Made by a program: the position numbers and the translations under genes. A model generated the notes under the pieces. It saw only the letters and a list, made by a program, of their open reading frames with translations. It searched no databases and had not been told where the DNA came from. From contig OY970223.1 of NCBI GenBank assembly GCA_963714015.1, forward strand, positions 1,024,001 through 1,088,000: DNA of 64,000 bases, given 5' to 3'. Each line of letters begins with the position of its first letter. Within the stretch, counting starts at the first letter, position 1. Source of the stretch: Vulcanimicrobiota bacterium (GTDB lineage Bacteria > Vulcanimicrobiota > Vulcanimicrobiia > Vulcanimicrobiales > Vulcanimicrobiaceae). Shown here one piece after another: positions 42,470 to 53,475 of this stretch.

Positions 42470-44361
42470 TGCTTGCAGCGGCCGCGCTGGCGCTTCATCT
42501 GTTGCCGCGACCGCAATACGTCACCCTGACTTCGTGCCTTCAGCCGTTCGCGTTTGCCCGTCCCCTGAGCGTTCCGCGTGGATTCGATCCCGCCGCCGTG
42601 GAGGAGATCGACGAACGGTGGCGCGCGCTGGGGCTGCCGGGACTGATCGTCCGTTCAAAGAATGCGGACCTCGCGGTAACGCAAGCGCGGACCGCCGCTC
42701 AAGGGTACGTGCTGAACACGCAATCGAACGGCGAGATCCGTATCGGCGCCGCCGATCCGCAAGGCGTCTTTTACGCGGCAATGACGCTCGCGCAGCTTCC
42801 GGAGCGCTCCGGCGCGAAGTGGATTCTGCCGTGCGTCCGGATCTCCGATTCGCCGGCGCTGCGCTGGCGTGTGCTGATGGACGACGTCTCACGCGGGCCG
42901 CTACCGACGATGCGCTATTTCCGCGAGCGAATTCGCACGATCGCCGCGTTCAAGATGAACGGGTATTCGCCGATGATGGAAAACGTGTTCGTCGATCCCC
43001 GCAATCCGCTGCCGGCGCCGCTCGACGGCATCACGCCGGCGCAGCTGCGCGACTTGGATCGTTATGCGGCGCGTTTCCACGTGGCGTTGATTCCGGCGCA
43101 GCAAACGTTCGCACACATGCACAACACGCTTGCGCTGGAGAAATACGCGGACGCCGCAGACCTGCCGCATGCGTTCTTCATGCGTCCGGATTCGCCGATT
43201 ACGAAGGAGTATCTGGATAGCGTCATCTCCGGCGAACTCGGCGCGGTGCCGCATCCCCCGTTCTTCCACGTCATGTCCGACGAGGCGGATGCCGGTGCCG
43301 GCGTATTCGCCGGTCATGTTCGGGCCATGGACGAGCTCGTGAAGCCTTCGGGCGCCCGAATAATGATCTGGGATGACGCGCTGCAGCGCACGCCGCAAGT
43401 CATGGCGGAATTGCCTCACAACACGGTGATCACGACGTACCACTACGGCGTCGAACCCTCGTATACGCGTTACATCGAGCGCGTCGCCCGCGGCGGATTC
43501 GAGCAACTGGTCTCGCCGGCAGCCCAAAACTACAACAACGTCTTTCCGGACATTACCGCCGCACTGGCTAACGAAGGGCGTTTCGTCGATGACGGCAAGG
43601 CGCGTCACGTGCTCGGAATGTACGAGACGGTCTGGCACGACGACGGCCAATCGCTCTTCGAGGCGACGTGGTATCCGGTGATCTATTCGGCCGCTTGCGC
43701 ATGGGAGAGCGGCAGCGTGGACCAGAGCCGTTATCGTAAAGACTTTCCCGCCGCATTCTTTGGCGCGGACGATTCTCGCTACGGTGACGATGTCGCCGCG
43801 CTGGCCGACGCGCAAATGCGGATCGCCAAAGGCGCTTACCAGGGAAGTGACTATTACCTGTGGGCCGATCCGTTCGATCCGGCAGTCGCGGCTCATCTCG
43901 CGCAATCGGACTTGCGAGCTGTCCGGCTTGAATCGGAAGGCGCCGAAGAGCATCTCTTACAGAACCGGCCGCCGCTGCACGCAAACGCGGCGCGTGTTAT
44001 GTTCCTGGCCGCCAAGACGTTCGACTACTTGGGACGCAAATATCAGGCGGCAAGCGAGGTGCGCCGCTACTACGCGGACGCTCAGTCGCTCTTGGCCGCG
44101 GGTAAGCCGGCAGAGCGCGACCTTTACTGGTGCAAGTATTGGTTCTGGGAGCTGCGCGACGACGTCGAAGCGCTTGCACCGCTCTACGCCCGCGCGTGGA
44201 ATTACGAGGACCGCGGCTCGCATCTCGACTCGAATTTGGAGCGTTATCACTTAGAGGCGCAGCAGGATATCGAGCGCGCGGACCGGGTCAACGCGATCAC
44301 GTTTGAGGACTACGAAGAACAGCGAAAGATTCCGCCGCTGGAACGCGTGCTCGAGCCGTGA
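42466..44361 (+). CDS. Glycoside hydrolase family 20 (beta-N-acetylhexosaminidase)
   Basis: LLPRPQ, DSPALRWR..MDDVSRG, HVMSDEA catalytic DE pair, MIWDD. Confidence 0.85.
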   Translation: MMLAAAALALHLLPRPQYVTLTSCLQPFAFARPLSVPRGFDPAAVEEIDERWRALGLPGLIVRSKNADLAVTQARTAAQGYVLNTQSNGEIRIGAADPQGVFYAAMTLAQLPERSGAKWILPCVRISDSPALRWRVLMDDVSRGPLPTMRYFRERIRTIAAFKMNGYSPMMENVFVDPRNPLPAPLDGITPAQLRDLDRYAARFHVALIPAQQTFAHMHNTLALEKYADAADLPHAFFMRPDSPITKEYLDSVISGELGAVPHPPFFHVMSDEADAGAGVFAGHVRAMDELVKPSGARIMIWDDALQRTPQVMAELPHNTVITTYHYGVEPSYTRYIERVARGGFEQLVSPAAQNYNNVFPDITAALANEGRFVDDGKARHVLGMYETVWHDDGQSLFEATWYPVIYSAACAWESGSVDQSRYRKDFPAAFFGADDSRYGDDVAALADAQMRIAKGAYQGSDYYLWADPFDPAVAAHLAQSDLRAVRLESEGAEEHLLQNRPPLHANAARVMFLAAKTFDYLGRKYQAASEVRRYYADAQSLLAAGKPAERDLYWCKYWFWELRDDVEALAPLYARAWNYEDRGSHLDSNLERYHLEAQQDIERADRVNAITFEDYEEQRKIPPLERVLEP

Positions 44362-46352
44362 TGGCCGCGTTGCTGATCCTGGCCGTCTTCATCATCTTCG
44401 CAGCGTTGATGTATTCGCGGGTCCTTCCGGCGTTGCTCGCAATTCCCGCGATGGCGGTTCTGATGGCGTTTGCAGCGGACGTTCCCGCAACGGGCGTGGC
44501 CGCGATCGTCGTGAACGGCGCCGGCGCGCTGGCTCAGGTATACGTCGCAGTAATCTTCGGCGCGATGCTGGGCCGCGTCACGCTCGATACCGGCATAGCG
44601 CGCAGTATCGTCAATTTTGCGGCGGAGTTCGGCGGCGAGTACCCGCCGGCCGTCGCCCTCGTGCTCAGCGCCGTCGTTGCGCTGCTCTTCGTTTCGCTCA
44701 GCGGGCTGGGCGCAGTCATCATGGTGGGATCGATCGTGCTGCCGATCATGATGACGACCGGGGTGCCGCGCAAAATCGCGGCAACGCTGTTCCTGATGGC
44801 GTTCGCCCTGGGCTTTATCTTCAATATCGTCAATTGGAAGTTCTACACCCAGTACTTCGGCGTCAATCCGCAGCATTTGTACCCATACGCGGTCGTGCTC
44901 GCCGCGATCGACGCGTGTGCGCTGGTGATCTATACGATCGTTTCGTTCAGCCGCTCGCGCGCCTATGCAACATGGGCCGTGCAAACGGAAGAGCGCGTGC
45001 AATCCGTTCCGTGGTATTCGTTGATCACGCCCGTCCTGCCGATCGTGCTGTACTTCGTACTGCACCTGGATCCGATACTCGCTTTTGCAATCTCCGCGAT
45101 CTACGGTGCGTTGACGGCCCGTCCGCGCCGTCTCGTACAGACGCTCGTTGCGGCGGCGATTCGCGGGGTCGAGGACGTCGCACCGGCCATCGTCCTTTTC
45201 GTCGGCATCGGCATGCTGCTGACTGCGGCCAAGCAGCCGCAATTCGCCTCGGCTATGCAGCCCCTGGCGGCGTGGGCCGGGCTACGCAATCCGGTTGTCT
45301 TCGTGGCCATCTTCGGATTGCTCAGCCCGCTTACGCTCTACCGCGGTCCGCTCAATCCTCTCGGCGTCGGCATCGCCGTTTTCACGGTGCTTCTGACCGC
45401 ACACGTATTGCCGCCCGTAGTGCTTGTCGCCGCCGTCATGGCGGTCGTGCAAGTCCAAAACGTGTGCGATCCGACCAACACGCAAAACGTGTGGATAGCC
45501 AACTACACGGGCGTCGACATCGAAGAGATCACCAAACGCACTCTGCCGTATCAAGCATCCGTGGCAACGGCGGGATGCCTCGCCGTCGTGCTGGCAACGC
45601 ATGCGCTTCTCGGCGTTCACGCTTTTGTGTCCTATTTGCCGCGCGCGCAGGCGGCCGCCCTTTGGAGTGGGCTGTTTGTGAACGCGCGTGGCGCGGACCG
45701 CATCGCGGTGGGCAGCGACGGTTCCTCTATTGCGCGCAGTGAAGTCGGGAACGTATCAGCCTTGCTGAATGCCGGTCCGGTGCACGCTTTCGCTTTGCAG
45801 ACCGATCCGGACGCGCAGGATTGTTCCGCGAAATCTTACGCTGCTTACGCTCAAATGACTTCGACGCAATTCGCGCTCGTTGAGGGTACCGACGTCGACT
45901 TGGGATTACGTCTGTACGACTGCGGCGGCTGGGAAGTGAACGAATGGCACGAGCATCAGGTCTTCGCGCGTCCCGTTCAAACGAATTACGACGTGCTGAC
46001 ACAGCGAACGGTGGCGCGGCTTATGGACTGGCAGCAATCCGAGCCGCAGCGCTGGCAGCACCTGATGTCACAAGGCGTCGCATACGCGGCGGGGGATCCT
46101 GCGACGTACTTCTACGCATTTTTCAAGACCATCGACGGCAACATGCGCGCGTACGTTCGGGCGGGGGGGCCGGCTTATGCGGCGGGGATGCGAACGGGCG
46201 ACCTGGTCCAGCAGATAGACGGCCGTTTTTGGTGGGAGTACGGAACGTTTCAGGCACAGGCGCGGGCATACGACGGAAGGCCGCACGCTTTTCAGATCGA
46301 ACGGGCAGGCAAGACGCTCACCGTGCAACTCGAAGAGCCATTTCAGCCATGA
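44358..46352 (+). CDS. Ion-transporter-superfamily (GntP/citrate-like) permease fused to a C-terminal soluble domain with a PDZ-like end
   Basis: About 420 hydrophobic residues, then a soluble region ending VRAGGPAYAAGMRTGDLVQQIDG. Confidence 0.75.
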   Translation: MMAALLILAVFIIFAALMYSRVLPALLAIPAMAVLMAFAADVPATGVAAIVVNGAGALAQVYVAVIFGAMLGRVTLDTGIARSIVNFAAEFGGEYPPAVALVLSAVVALLFVSLSGLGAVIMVGSIVLPIMMTTGVPRKIAATLFLMAFALGFIFNIVNWKFYTQYFGVNPQHLYPYAVVLAAIDACALVIYTIVSFSRSRAYATWAVQTEERVQSVPWYSLITPVLPIVLYFVLHLDPILAFAISAIYGALTARPRRLVQTLVAAAIRGVEDVAPAIVLFVGIGMLLTAAKQPQFASAMQPLAAWAGLRNPVVFVAIFGLLSPLTLYRGPLNPLGVGIAVFTVLLTAHVLPPVVLVAAVMAVVQVQNVCDPTNTQNVWIANYTGVDIEEITKRTLPYQASVATAGCLAVVLATHALLGVHAFVSYLPRAQAAALWSGLFVNARGADRIAVGSDGSSIARSEVGNVSALLNAGPVHAFALQTDPDAQDCSAKSYAAYAQMTSTQFALVEGTDVDLGLRLYDCGGWEVNEWHEHQVFARPVQTNYDVLTQRTVARLMDWQQSEPQRWQHLMSQGVAYAAGDPATYFYAFFKTIDGNMRAYVRAGGPAYAAGMRTGDLVQQIDGRFWWEYGTFQAQARAYDGRPHAFQIERAGKTLTVQLEEPFQP

Positions 46353-47726
46353 TAGCCGCCGATTCCGACATCCTGACGTATTGCGACGAACACCGGCAGG
46401 ACTCGCTGCGAGAACTGACGTCGTGGGTTGCGATTCCATCGATCTCTGCCGATCCCGCGCATCGAGCGGACGTCCGCCGCTGTTGCAGCATGCTCGTCGA
46501 TCGCATGAATGCGATCGGCCTGAAGGCGCGCGTTTTGGAGACGGCGGGTAACCCGCTCGCGTACGGCGAGTGGATGCAAAAACCCGGCAAACCGACGGTG
46601 ATCGTCTACGGTCACTACGACGTGCAGCCGGCGGATCCGATCGAGCTGTGGCAGAGCCCGCCGTTCGAGGCGCAGGTACGCGACGGAAAAATTTACGGAC
46701 GCGGCGCGGTCGACGACAAGGGCCAAGTACTCATGCATTTCGCCGCTATGGAAGCATATCTGCGAGTCCGCGGCGAGCTGCCCCTGAACGTCAAGGTGAT
46801 TGTGGAAGGCGAAGAAGAGATCGGATCGCCGAACTTCGAGGCGGCGCTCGAGCGGTACCGGGATCTATTTGCCGCAGACGTCGCCGTGATCTCGGACACC
46901 GCCGTGTACGCTGAAGACGTCCCCTCGTTGACCACGTCGATACGCGGACTGGTCCATTGGGAAATCGCCGTAAACGGTTCCGGAGAAGATCTGCATTCGG
47001 GATACTTCGGCGGACTCGTCCGCAACCCAATCGAGGCGCTTGCCAAGATCGTCGCTGCGCTCAAGGACGATGAGGGCCGCGTGGTGGTTCCCGGTTTCTA
47101 CGACGGCGTTCGCGAGCCTCGATGCACGAACGCTGGACGAACTGCGCAATTTGGGATTCGACGAAGTGCGCGAAGCGGAAAATCTGGGCGTGCCCGAGCT
47201 CTGCGGCGAGCCTGGACGGCTGCCGCTCGAGCGCCAATGGTTTCGCCCCACGCTCGAGTGCAACGGAATCTGGGGCGGATATCAGGGGCCGGGCCCCAAA
47301 ACGATCATTCCGTCATGGGCGCGTGCAAAAATTTCGGCGCGCCTGGTCGTCGACCAAGATCCGGAGCATGTGAAATCCATTGTTCGCGACTTCATTTTGA
47401 ACGCGGCGCCGCGCGGCGTTCGCGTGGAGGTGCAGGCTTTCGGCGACACGCGCGCGGTCAGCACGTCGCGCGATCATCCGGCGGTTGCGGCGGCGGGAAG
47501 AGCGATGGAGAGTCAATTCGGAAAACCGCCGGTGTTCATCGGAACCGGCGGAACGATCGGCCCGGTCTCCAGCTTCGACCGCATTCTGCATTTGCCGCAA
47601 GTGCTTATCGGCGTCGGACTTCCCGACGATCGCATTCATGCGCCGAACGAGAAGTTCACCCTATCGCAATTCTTCGGCGGCATCAAAGTGATGTGCCGCT
47701 TGTACGGAGAGCTCAGCGAGTTGTGA
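46349..47726 (+). CDS. M20 family dipeptidase (frameshift near 47118)
   Basis: YGHYDVQP, GRGAVDDKG, EGEEEIGS, HAPNE. Confidence 0.9.
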
Positions 47727-47863
47727 AGGATCGTCAAGCGGTCTTTAACGCACTATTTGGCGGATTCGGCGATCCGGCAGCCCTTCACGTCGCCGACGTG
47801 GGCGCAGGAACCCTTCGCATGGTCATGCCGGTGTACGTTCTTACCGCCGAGATGCATCCATGA
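47723..47863 (+). pseudogene. Internally deleted paralog of the downstream methyltransferase
   Basis: 46 aa; FGDPAALHVADVGAGT matches LGDPMHLVVADVGAGT of the next gene, then jumps to a terminal strand. Confidence 0.6.
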
Positions 47864-48597
47864 CGGGAGAAGACGCCAAGTCGCGGTTCACGCGAATCGG
47901 TGACGCCTACGCCCGTTATCGGTACCGCGAGTATCCGCGCAAGGTGCTGGACCTGATCTTCCACGGTCTTGGCGACCCAATGCATTTGGTCGTCGCCGAC
48001 GTGGGCGCGGGGACGGGCATATCGTCGGAGCTGTTGGCCAAACGCGGTGCGCGGGTGATCGCGATCGAGCCAAACGAGCAGATGCGCTCCAACGCTCCGC
48101 AGAATCCGCTGGTCGAGTGGCGCGACGGCACGGCGGAGGCGACGGGATTGCCCGACGAGTCGGTGGACGTGGTCGTCGCTTTTCAGGCATTTCACTGGTT
48201 CGATCCCGGCCGGGCACTCGTCGAATTTCGCCGCATCACTCGGCATCGCATCGTGAGCGTTCAATACGAACACGAGGAGAGCGATGCAGCCTCGGCGGAG
48301 TTCGATCGTTTGCTGCGCGTCTATAGTGTGGACGACAGCAGCGCACTGCGCCGGCGCGCGCTCGAGACGTTCGCCGCCCACTCCGGGAAGCGTCTGCGCA
48401 CCTCAATCCTGAACGTTGAATGGCAGCTGACCCTCGACGCGCTTTTCGGCTACGTGGACTCCATCTCGTTCTTGCCGCACGAGGGCGATCCGGCGAGCGC
48501 GCTGCGCGACGAAGTTACAGAGCTCTTTCGAATTTACGCGCGGGGCGATCGCGTCTCGCTGGGTTTGCGGCTCTTCGTCCTTGCCTTGGACAAGTGA
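47860..48597 (+). CDS. Class I SAM-dependent methyltransferase
   Basis: DVGAGTG, IEPN, GTAEATGL, QAFHWF. Confidence 0.9.
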   Translation: MTGEDAKSRFTRIGDAYARYRYREYPRKVLDLIFHGLGDPMHLVVADVGAGTGISSELLAKRGARVIAIEPNEQMRSNAPQNPLVEWRDGTAEATGLPDESVDVVVAFQAFHWFDPGRALVEFRRITRHRIVSVQYEHEESDAASAEFDRLLRVYSVDDSSALRRRALETFAAHSGKRLRTSILNVEWQLTLDALFGYVDSISFLPHEGDPASALRDEVTELFRIYARGDRVSLGLRLFVLALDK

Positions 48598-50696
48598 CGC
48601 CGCGCAAGCTGCGTCTGGGCATCGACGTCGGCGGCACGTTCACGGACGTCGTCGCGATCGACGCCGGCACGCGCAAGCTCATCGCTTCGTTGAAGACTCC
48701 TACCACCCATGATGCGCCGGAGGGCGTTGCGGCCGGAATCGTTCAGGGCGTTCGCGAGCTTTTTGAACGCGGTGACGTGCGGCCGGAGGAAGTGGCCTTC
48801 ATCGCGCACTCGACGACGCAGGCAACAAACGCGCTGCTGGAAGGGGACGTTGCGAAGGTCGCGGTCCTGGGATTGCTCGATCGCCTGCCGGCGCTCGCGC
48901 GGGCGCAGATGCGCTTTCGTCCGCTGGAGCTCGCGCCCGGCGTCGCGTTCCGGCCGGCGTTCGCGTTCGTTCGCGCAGGAGACGAAGAGGCGATTCTTCG
49001 AGAACTCGATTCGTTCAAAGCGTCCGGCGTAAGCGCCGTCGCGTGCTCGCAAGCATTCGGTGTGGACCGCCCTCAAAGTGAGGCGCAAGCTTGCGCAGCG
49101 GCGCGCGAGCTCGATCTCTTCGCGACGAGCGGTCACGAAGTCAGCTCCGTGTACGGGTTGCGCGCGCGTACGCGAACCGCCGCGCTGAACGCAGCGATTC
49201 TGCCGAAGATGGTTCGCACGGCACGTATGACCGAGGACGCAGTCAAGCGCGCCGCCATCGGTGCGCCGCTCATGGTCATGCGCAGCGACGGCGGCGTAAT
49301 GGACGTTCGCGAGATGGAGCGCCGGCCGATCATGACCTTGCTCTCGGGGCCTGCCGCCGGCGTTGCGGGCGCGCTGCTGTACGAGAACGTCACGGACGGC
49401 ATCTTCATCGAAGTAGGCGGCACGAGTTCGGATTGCAGCGCGATTCGATCCGGCATGCCGCAACTGCGACCGGCGCGCGTCGGCGGACATCGCACGATGC
49501 TTCGAACGCTGGACGTGCGCACGCTGGCGATCGCCGGCGGCAGCCTGATACGGCTCGGCGGCACCTCGATCGTCGACGTAGGCCCGAGATCGGCGCACAT
49601 CGCCGGACTCAAATACGCCAGTTTCGTCGACCCCGGCGTGCTGCAGGGAGCGGTCGTCGAGCTGATCGCGCCGACTGCGCACGACGCGCCGGATTACGCG
49701 ACGCTGGCGGCTCGCGACGGAACCCGCGTCGCGCTCACGCCGACGTGTGCTGCAAATGTATTGGGATACGTACCCGAGGGCGCGTTTGCGCGAGGCAACG
49801 CTTCCGCCGCCCGGCGTGCTTTCGAGATTTTAGGGGATCGCGTACGGCGCGATGCGGAATCGCTCGCTCGCGAAGTGCTTGCGATCGCGGGGGCAAAGCT
49901 TGCCGCCGCGATCGACGAACTCATCGCGGATTACGAACTGGATCGCGAGATGCTGGCGATCGTCGGCGGCGGGGGCGGGGCGGCCGCGCTGATTCCGTTT
50001 ACCGCGCAGCGCGCCGGATTGGATTTTCGGCTGGCCCGGGACGCAGAAGTGATCTCGCCTATAGGCGTCGCTCTTGCGCTGGTGCGCGAAGTGATCGAAC
50101 GAAACATCGTCGATCCGTCGCCGGACGAGATTCTTCGGGTTCGGCGGGAGGCGCAGGACGCCGTGATTCGCGCCGGCGCGTCGCCGGAACGCGTTGAAGT
50201 ATCGGTCGAGGTCGATAGCCGGCGCAATTTGGTGCGCGCGACAGCATCGGGAGCCTCGGAACTCTCCGAAGGCGCGGCGCGGCCCGCGGCGGACGATGCA
50301 GAACTCCATGCCGTTGCGGCGCGTCTGCTCAGAGCGCGCGCCGAGGCAATCCGGTGCGTGGCGAGCACCGAAGGACTGCGCGTCTTCGAGGGTCATCGCG
50401 TCTTGCGCGTCTTGGACCGCACGGGCGTGGGCCGCTTGGGATTGCGCAACGCCCTGGTGCGTCAAACGACCGCTCTGAAGGCGCTGGAGATCCTGCCTCA
50501 GACGATCGAGGATGCGACCGCGTTCGGCGACGTCGGACGAGCTCTGCCGGATCTGTATCTCTTGCACGGATCCCGCTTGTCCGATTTCAGCGGGCTAATC
50601 TCCGCACGGCAAGCCGTTGCGCTCGCCTCCGAGGAGCTGGCGGGATGCGATCCGCAAACCCGCGTCGTGCTCTTGGCGGCGCCGCGCGCGGTGTAA
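48594..50696 (+). CDS. Hydantoinase/oxoprolinase A-family protein
   Basis: GIDVGGTFTD, HSTTQATNALL, SGPAAG, EVGGTSSD. Confidence 0.85.
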   Translation: MTPRKLRLGIDVGGTFTDVVAIDAGTRKLIASLKTPTTHDAPEGVAAGIVQGVRELFERGDVRPEEVAFIAHSTTQATNALLEGDVAKVAVLGLLDRLPALARAQMRFRPLELAPGVAFRPAFAFVRAGDEEAILRELDSFKASGVSAVACSQAFGVDRPQSEAQACAAARELDLFATSGHEVSSVYGLRARTRTAALNAAILPKMVRTARMTEDAVKRAAIGAPLMVMRSDGGVMDVREMERRPIMTLLSGPAAGVAGALLYENVTDGIFIEVGGTSSDCSAIRSGMPQLRPARVGGHRTMLRTLDVRTLAIAGGSLIRLGGTSIVDVGPRSAHIAGLKYASFVDPGVLQGAVVELIAPTAHDAPDYATLAARDGTRVALTPTCAANVLGYVPEGAFARGNASAARRAFEILGDRVRRDAESLAREVLAIAGAKLAAAIDELIADYELDREMLAIVGGGGGAAALIPFTAQRAGLDFRLARDAEVISPIGVALALVREVIERNIVDPSPDEILRVRREAQDAVIRAGASPERVEVSVEVDSRRNLVRATASGASELSEGAARPAADDAELHAVAARLLRARAEAIRCVASTEGLRVFEGHRVLRVLDRTGVGRLGLRNALVRQTTALKALEILPQTIEDATAFGDVGRALPDLYLLHGSRLSDFSGLISARQAVALASEELAGCDPQTRVVLLAAPRAV

Positions 50697-50727
50697 CACA
50701 GCACGGAAAGGACGGTAGTTCGTAGAG

Positions 50728-51093
50728 ATGGCGAAAGTGACGATCGACGGCAACGTCGTGCATATTCAACTCTCGAACTGGGACAAGGTTTGGACGATAC
50801 ACGGCTCGCTGCAGCTTCCGATGGCGCACATTACGTCCGCGCGCGTCGAGGACGAGAACGGCTGGAGTCACGCCTGGCGCAAAATGGTCGGCACCGGCGC
50901 GCCGGGTTTGAAGATGGCCGGAACGTTTTTCACCAAGGGCGGATTGGCGTTTTTGGACTACGGCGACGGAAAAAATTGTCTCGTGCTGGAGACTCAGCAC
51001 GAGACGTATAAGGAGATCATCGTCGAACTGGACCGCGGCGACGATCCCGACGCGTTAGCCGCGGAGATCAATCGCCGGGTCGGATTTAGTTAG
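50728..51093 (+). CDS. Hypothetical protein (possibly a bacterial PH-like fold)
   Basis: Compact 121-aa ORF containing GTGAPG..AGTF. Confidence 0.65.
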   Translation: MAKVTIDGNVVHIQLSNWDKVWTIHGSLQLPMAHITSARVEDENGWSHAWRKMVGTGAPGLKMAGTFFTKGGLAFLDYGDGKNCLVLETQHETYKEIIVELDRGDDPDALAAEINRRVGFS

Positions 51094-51099
51094 CCGCGC

Positions 51100-52641
51100 C
51101 TAGTTTACGCGGGGCTGCGAAACCGCGAGACCCTCGGTTTCCTGCAGCGCGACCGTGCTCTTTCGACGGCCGTAGGAGAAGTAAAAGATTAGGCCGATCA
51201 CGAGCCAGACGATGAACCAGAACCAGACGATAGGGAAAAAGCCGAAGACCACCGGGTTTCCGAACCGCAAATAATAGATGAGCCCGAGCGCGCTGACTGC
51301 GGACAGAATCGGAATGACGTACGGGCCGCCCGGGACTTGGAACGCGCCCTTCAACTCCGGGTGCTGCAGCCGCAAACGCGGCACGGCGATCGAAACGAGG
51401 ATGAACGCGGCAAGCGTGCCCATATTCGTGAGCGATCCGACGATATTGATCGGCGTGAACGCCGCGATCAACGCGATGCAGATCCCGAAGAAGATCGTCG
51501 AATAGATCGGCGTCCGCCACGTGGGGTGAATTCGCGTGAACGAAGGCGGAATCAGTCCGTCGCGCGACATGGCGAAGAAGATGCGGCTTTGGCCGAACAT
51601 CATGACGAGCAGCACCGTCGTCAGGCCGGCAATCGCGCCGAAAGAAATGATGACCGAAGCGGTCGATCCCCACGATAGCCCCATGTGGCTGGCGGCATAG
51701 GCGACCGGGAACGAGAGCGCATTGAGCAGCGTGTAGTATGGTACGACGCCGTTCAGCACGAACGCTACCGCAATGTAGAGCACGGTGCAAACCGCCAAGC
51801 TGGCGATGATGCCGAAGGGCAGATCGCGTTTGGGGTCGCGCGCCTCCTCAGCGGTCGTCGAAACCGCATCGAAGCCGATGTACGCAAAGAAGATGAGCGC
51901 GGCTCCGCCGAGCATGCCGCTGACACCAAACGGAAAGAAGCCGCCGTGATCGAGACCGCCGCCCGAGGGCAGCGGATGCGGCGGCAGACTGAAGTTCGAC
52001 ATATTGATGTGACCGAGCCCGATGATGATGAAGAACAGCACGATGCTGATCTTTACGGCGACGATTACGGCGTTGACCGTTCCGGACTCTTTCGTTCCTC
52101 GCACGAGCAGCGCTGTAATAATAAGAATGATGATCGCGGCGGGGATGTTGGCGTACCCGGAGGCTCCTTGGCCCGCGAGACCCCAGGTGGGGCCATTCGC
52201 CCACTGTGCGGGGATGTGCCAGCCTAACGTGTTCGTGATGTTTACGAAGTAGCCGGACCAGCCGATGCTTACCGTCGCGGCACCCAAAGCGTACTCCAGC
52301 ACCAAATCCCAGCCGATTATCCACGCCAAGAACTCTCCCAGCGTCGCGTACGTGTACGTATACGCCGACCCAGAAATCGGAATCTTGCTGGAGACCTCCG
52401 CATAACAGAGCGCTGCAAGCGCGCTGACGATGCCGGCGACGACGAACGAGATCATAATCGAGGGTCCCGAGCGTGTGGCCGTCGCGACGCCGATGAGAAC
52501 GAAGATTCCCGTACCGATGATGGCGCCGATGCCCATGGCCGTCAGCTGCCAAGGCCCAAGGGATCTTTTGAGTCCGCCTTCGTGGTCGGAGCCCTCGGCG
52601 AGGATTGTCGCCAGCGGCTTGATGCGTTGCATGATCATCAA
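51100..52641 (-). CDS. APC-family amino acid permease
   Basis: GIGAIIGTGIF, GSAYTY, FAYIGFD; about 13 TM helices. Confidence 0.93.
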   Translation of the reverse strand: MMIMQRIKPLATILAEGSDHEGGLKRSLGPWQLTAMGIGAIIGTGIFVLIGVATATRSGPSIMISFVVAGIVSALAALCYAEVSSKIPISGSAYTYTYATLGEFLAWIIGWDLVLEYALGAATVSIGWSGYFVNITNTLGWHIPAQWANGPTWGLAGQGASGYANIPAAIIILIITALLVRGTKESGTVNAVIVAVKISIVLFFIIIGLGHINMSNFSLPPHPLPSGGGLDHGGFFPFGVSGMLGGAALIFFAYIGFDAVSTTAEEARDPKRDLPFGIIASLAVCTVLYIAVAFVLNGVVPYYTLLNALSFPVAYAASHMGLSWGSTASVIISFGAIAGLTTVLLVMMFGQSRIFFAMSRDGLIPPSFTRIHPTWRTPIYSTIFFGICIALIAAFTPINIVGSLTNMGTLAAFILVSIAVPRLRLQHPELKGAFQVPGGPYVIPILSAVSALGLIYYLRFGNPVVFGFFPIVWFWFIVWLVIGLIFYFSYGRRKSTVALQETEGLAVSQPRVN

Positions 52642-52687
52642 GGCCGGAAATTAACCCTCGCCGGGCGACTCCCTGGTTCCGGGAGCG

Positions 52688-53401
52688 TTACTCGGCGCGG
52701 GAATAGCCCACGTATAGTCCTCGGCCGTTCAGGCCGGGCTCCTCGTACTCGACGTATAGTCCGGCTTTGCGAAAGGCATTGCGGTAATCGTCGTCGGTGA
52801 AGAGCGTCAGACGGTGGGGTTCGGTGAACGTGCGGATTCCGTCGCTCGAGGCGACCATGAAATGAAAGTTTAGAATGGAGACGTTGCCGTCGCGGCGGCT
52901 GACGCTCATCCGCGCCACTTTCAAGTCGGGATCGTCGACGAACAGTGCGTGGACAGAGCCGTCTTTCCAATCGGCCGGACGGATCCAGGGCTCGACGATC
53001 ACGACGCCTCCGGCCCGCAAGTGCCGCGCAAACGTCGCGAGCGCCTGATCCAGACGAGCGGTGTTGGGAAGTGCGCCGATACCGCCGAAGAGCGAGACGA
53101 TCCCGTCGAATCGTTTGCCCAAGTTGAATCCCATCATGTCGCCCAAATGGAACGGTACGCTGGGATTGCGATTGCGCGCGATGTCCAGCATCGTGCGTTC
53201 GATGTCCAGACCCTCGCAATCATAGTGTTCGCGCAGGTATTCGATGTGCTTGCCGGTCCCGCAACCAACGTCGAGCAGCGCCTTTCCGCCCGAACGGCAT
53301 CGCTGATCGATGATGCGGCGAAGGACCGCCGCCTCTGAGGCGTAGTCCTTCCCCATCGATCGGTAGAGCGCGTCGTAGTATTTGGCGGATTGCGTGTACA
53401 T
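52688..53401 (-). CDS. Class I SAM-dependent methyltransferase
   Basis: YYDALY...KDYASEA, LLDVGCGTGKH, VEPW. Confidence 0.88.
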   Translation of the reverse strand: MYTQSAKYYDALYRSMGKDYASEAAVLRRIIDQRCRSGGKALLDVGCGTGKHIEYLREHYDCEGLDIERTMLDIARNRNPSVPFHLGDMMGFNLGKRFDGIVSLFGGIGALPNTARLDQALATFARHLRAGGVVIVEPWIRPADWKDGSVHALFVDDPDLKVARMSVSRRDGNVSILNFHFMVASSDGIRTFTEPHRLTLFTDDDYRNAFRKAGLYVEYEEPGLNGRGLYVGYSRAE

Positions 53402-53475
53402 CGAGCGCCGTGCGTTTTGCATTTGCCCGCGGAGGCCTGCCGGACAAGCGCGTCCGTTACTCGAAACGCGCGCGC

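Noticed and set aside
44303..50197. Long alternative-frame ORFs (44303..45742, 48534..49682, 49091..50197 and similar)
   Set aside because: Arg/Ala-rich shadow frames overlapping well-supported genes, as expected in high-GC DNA.
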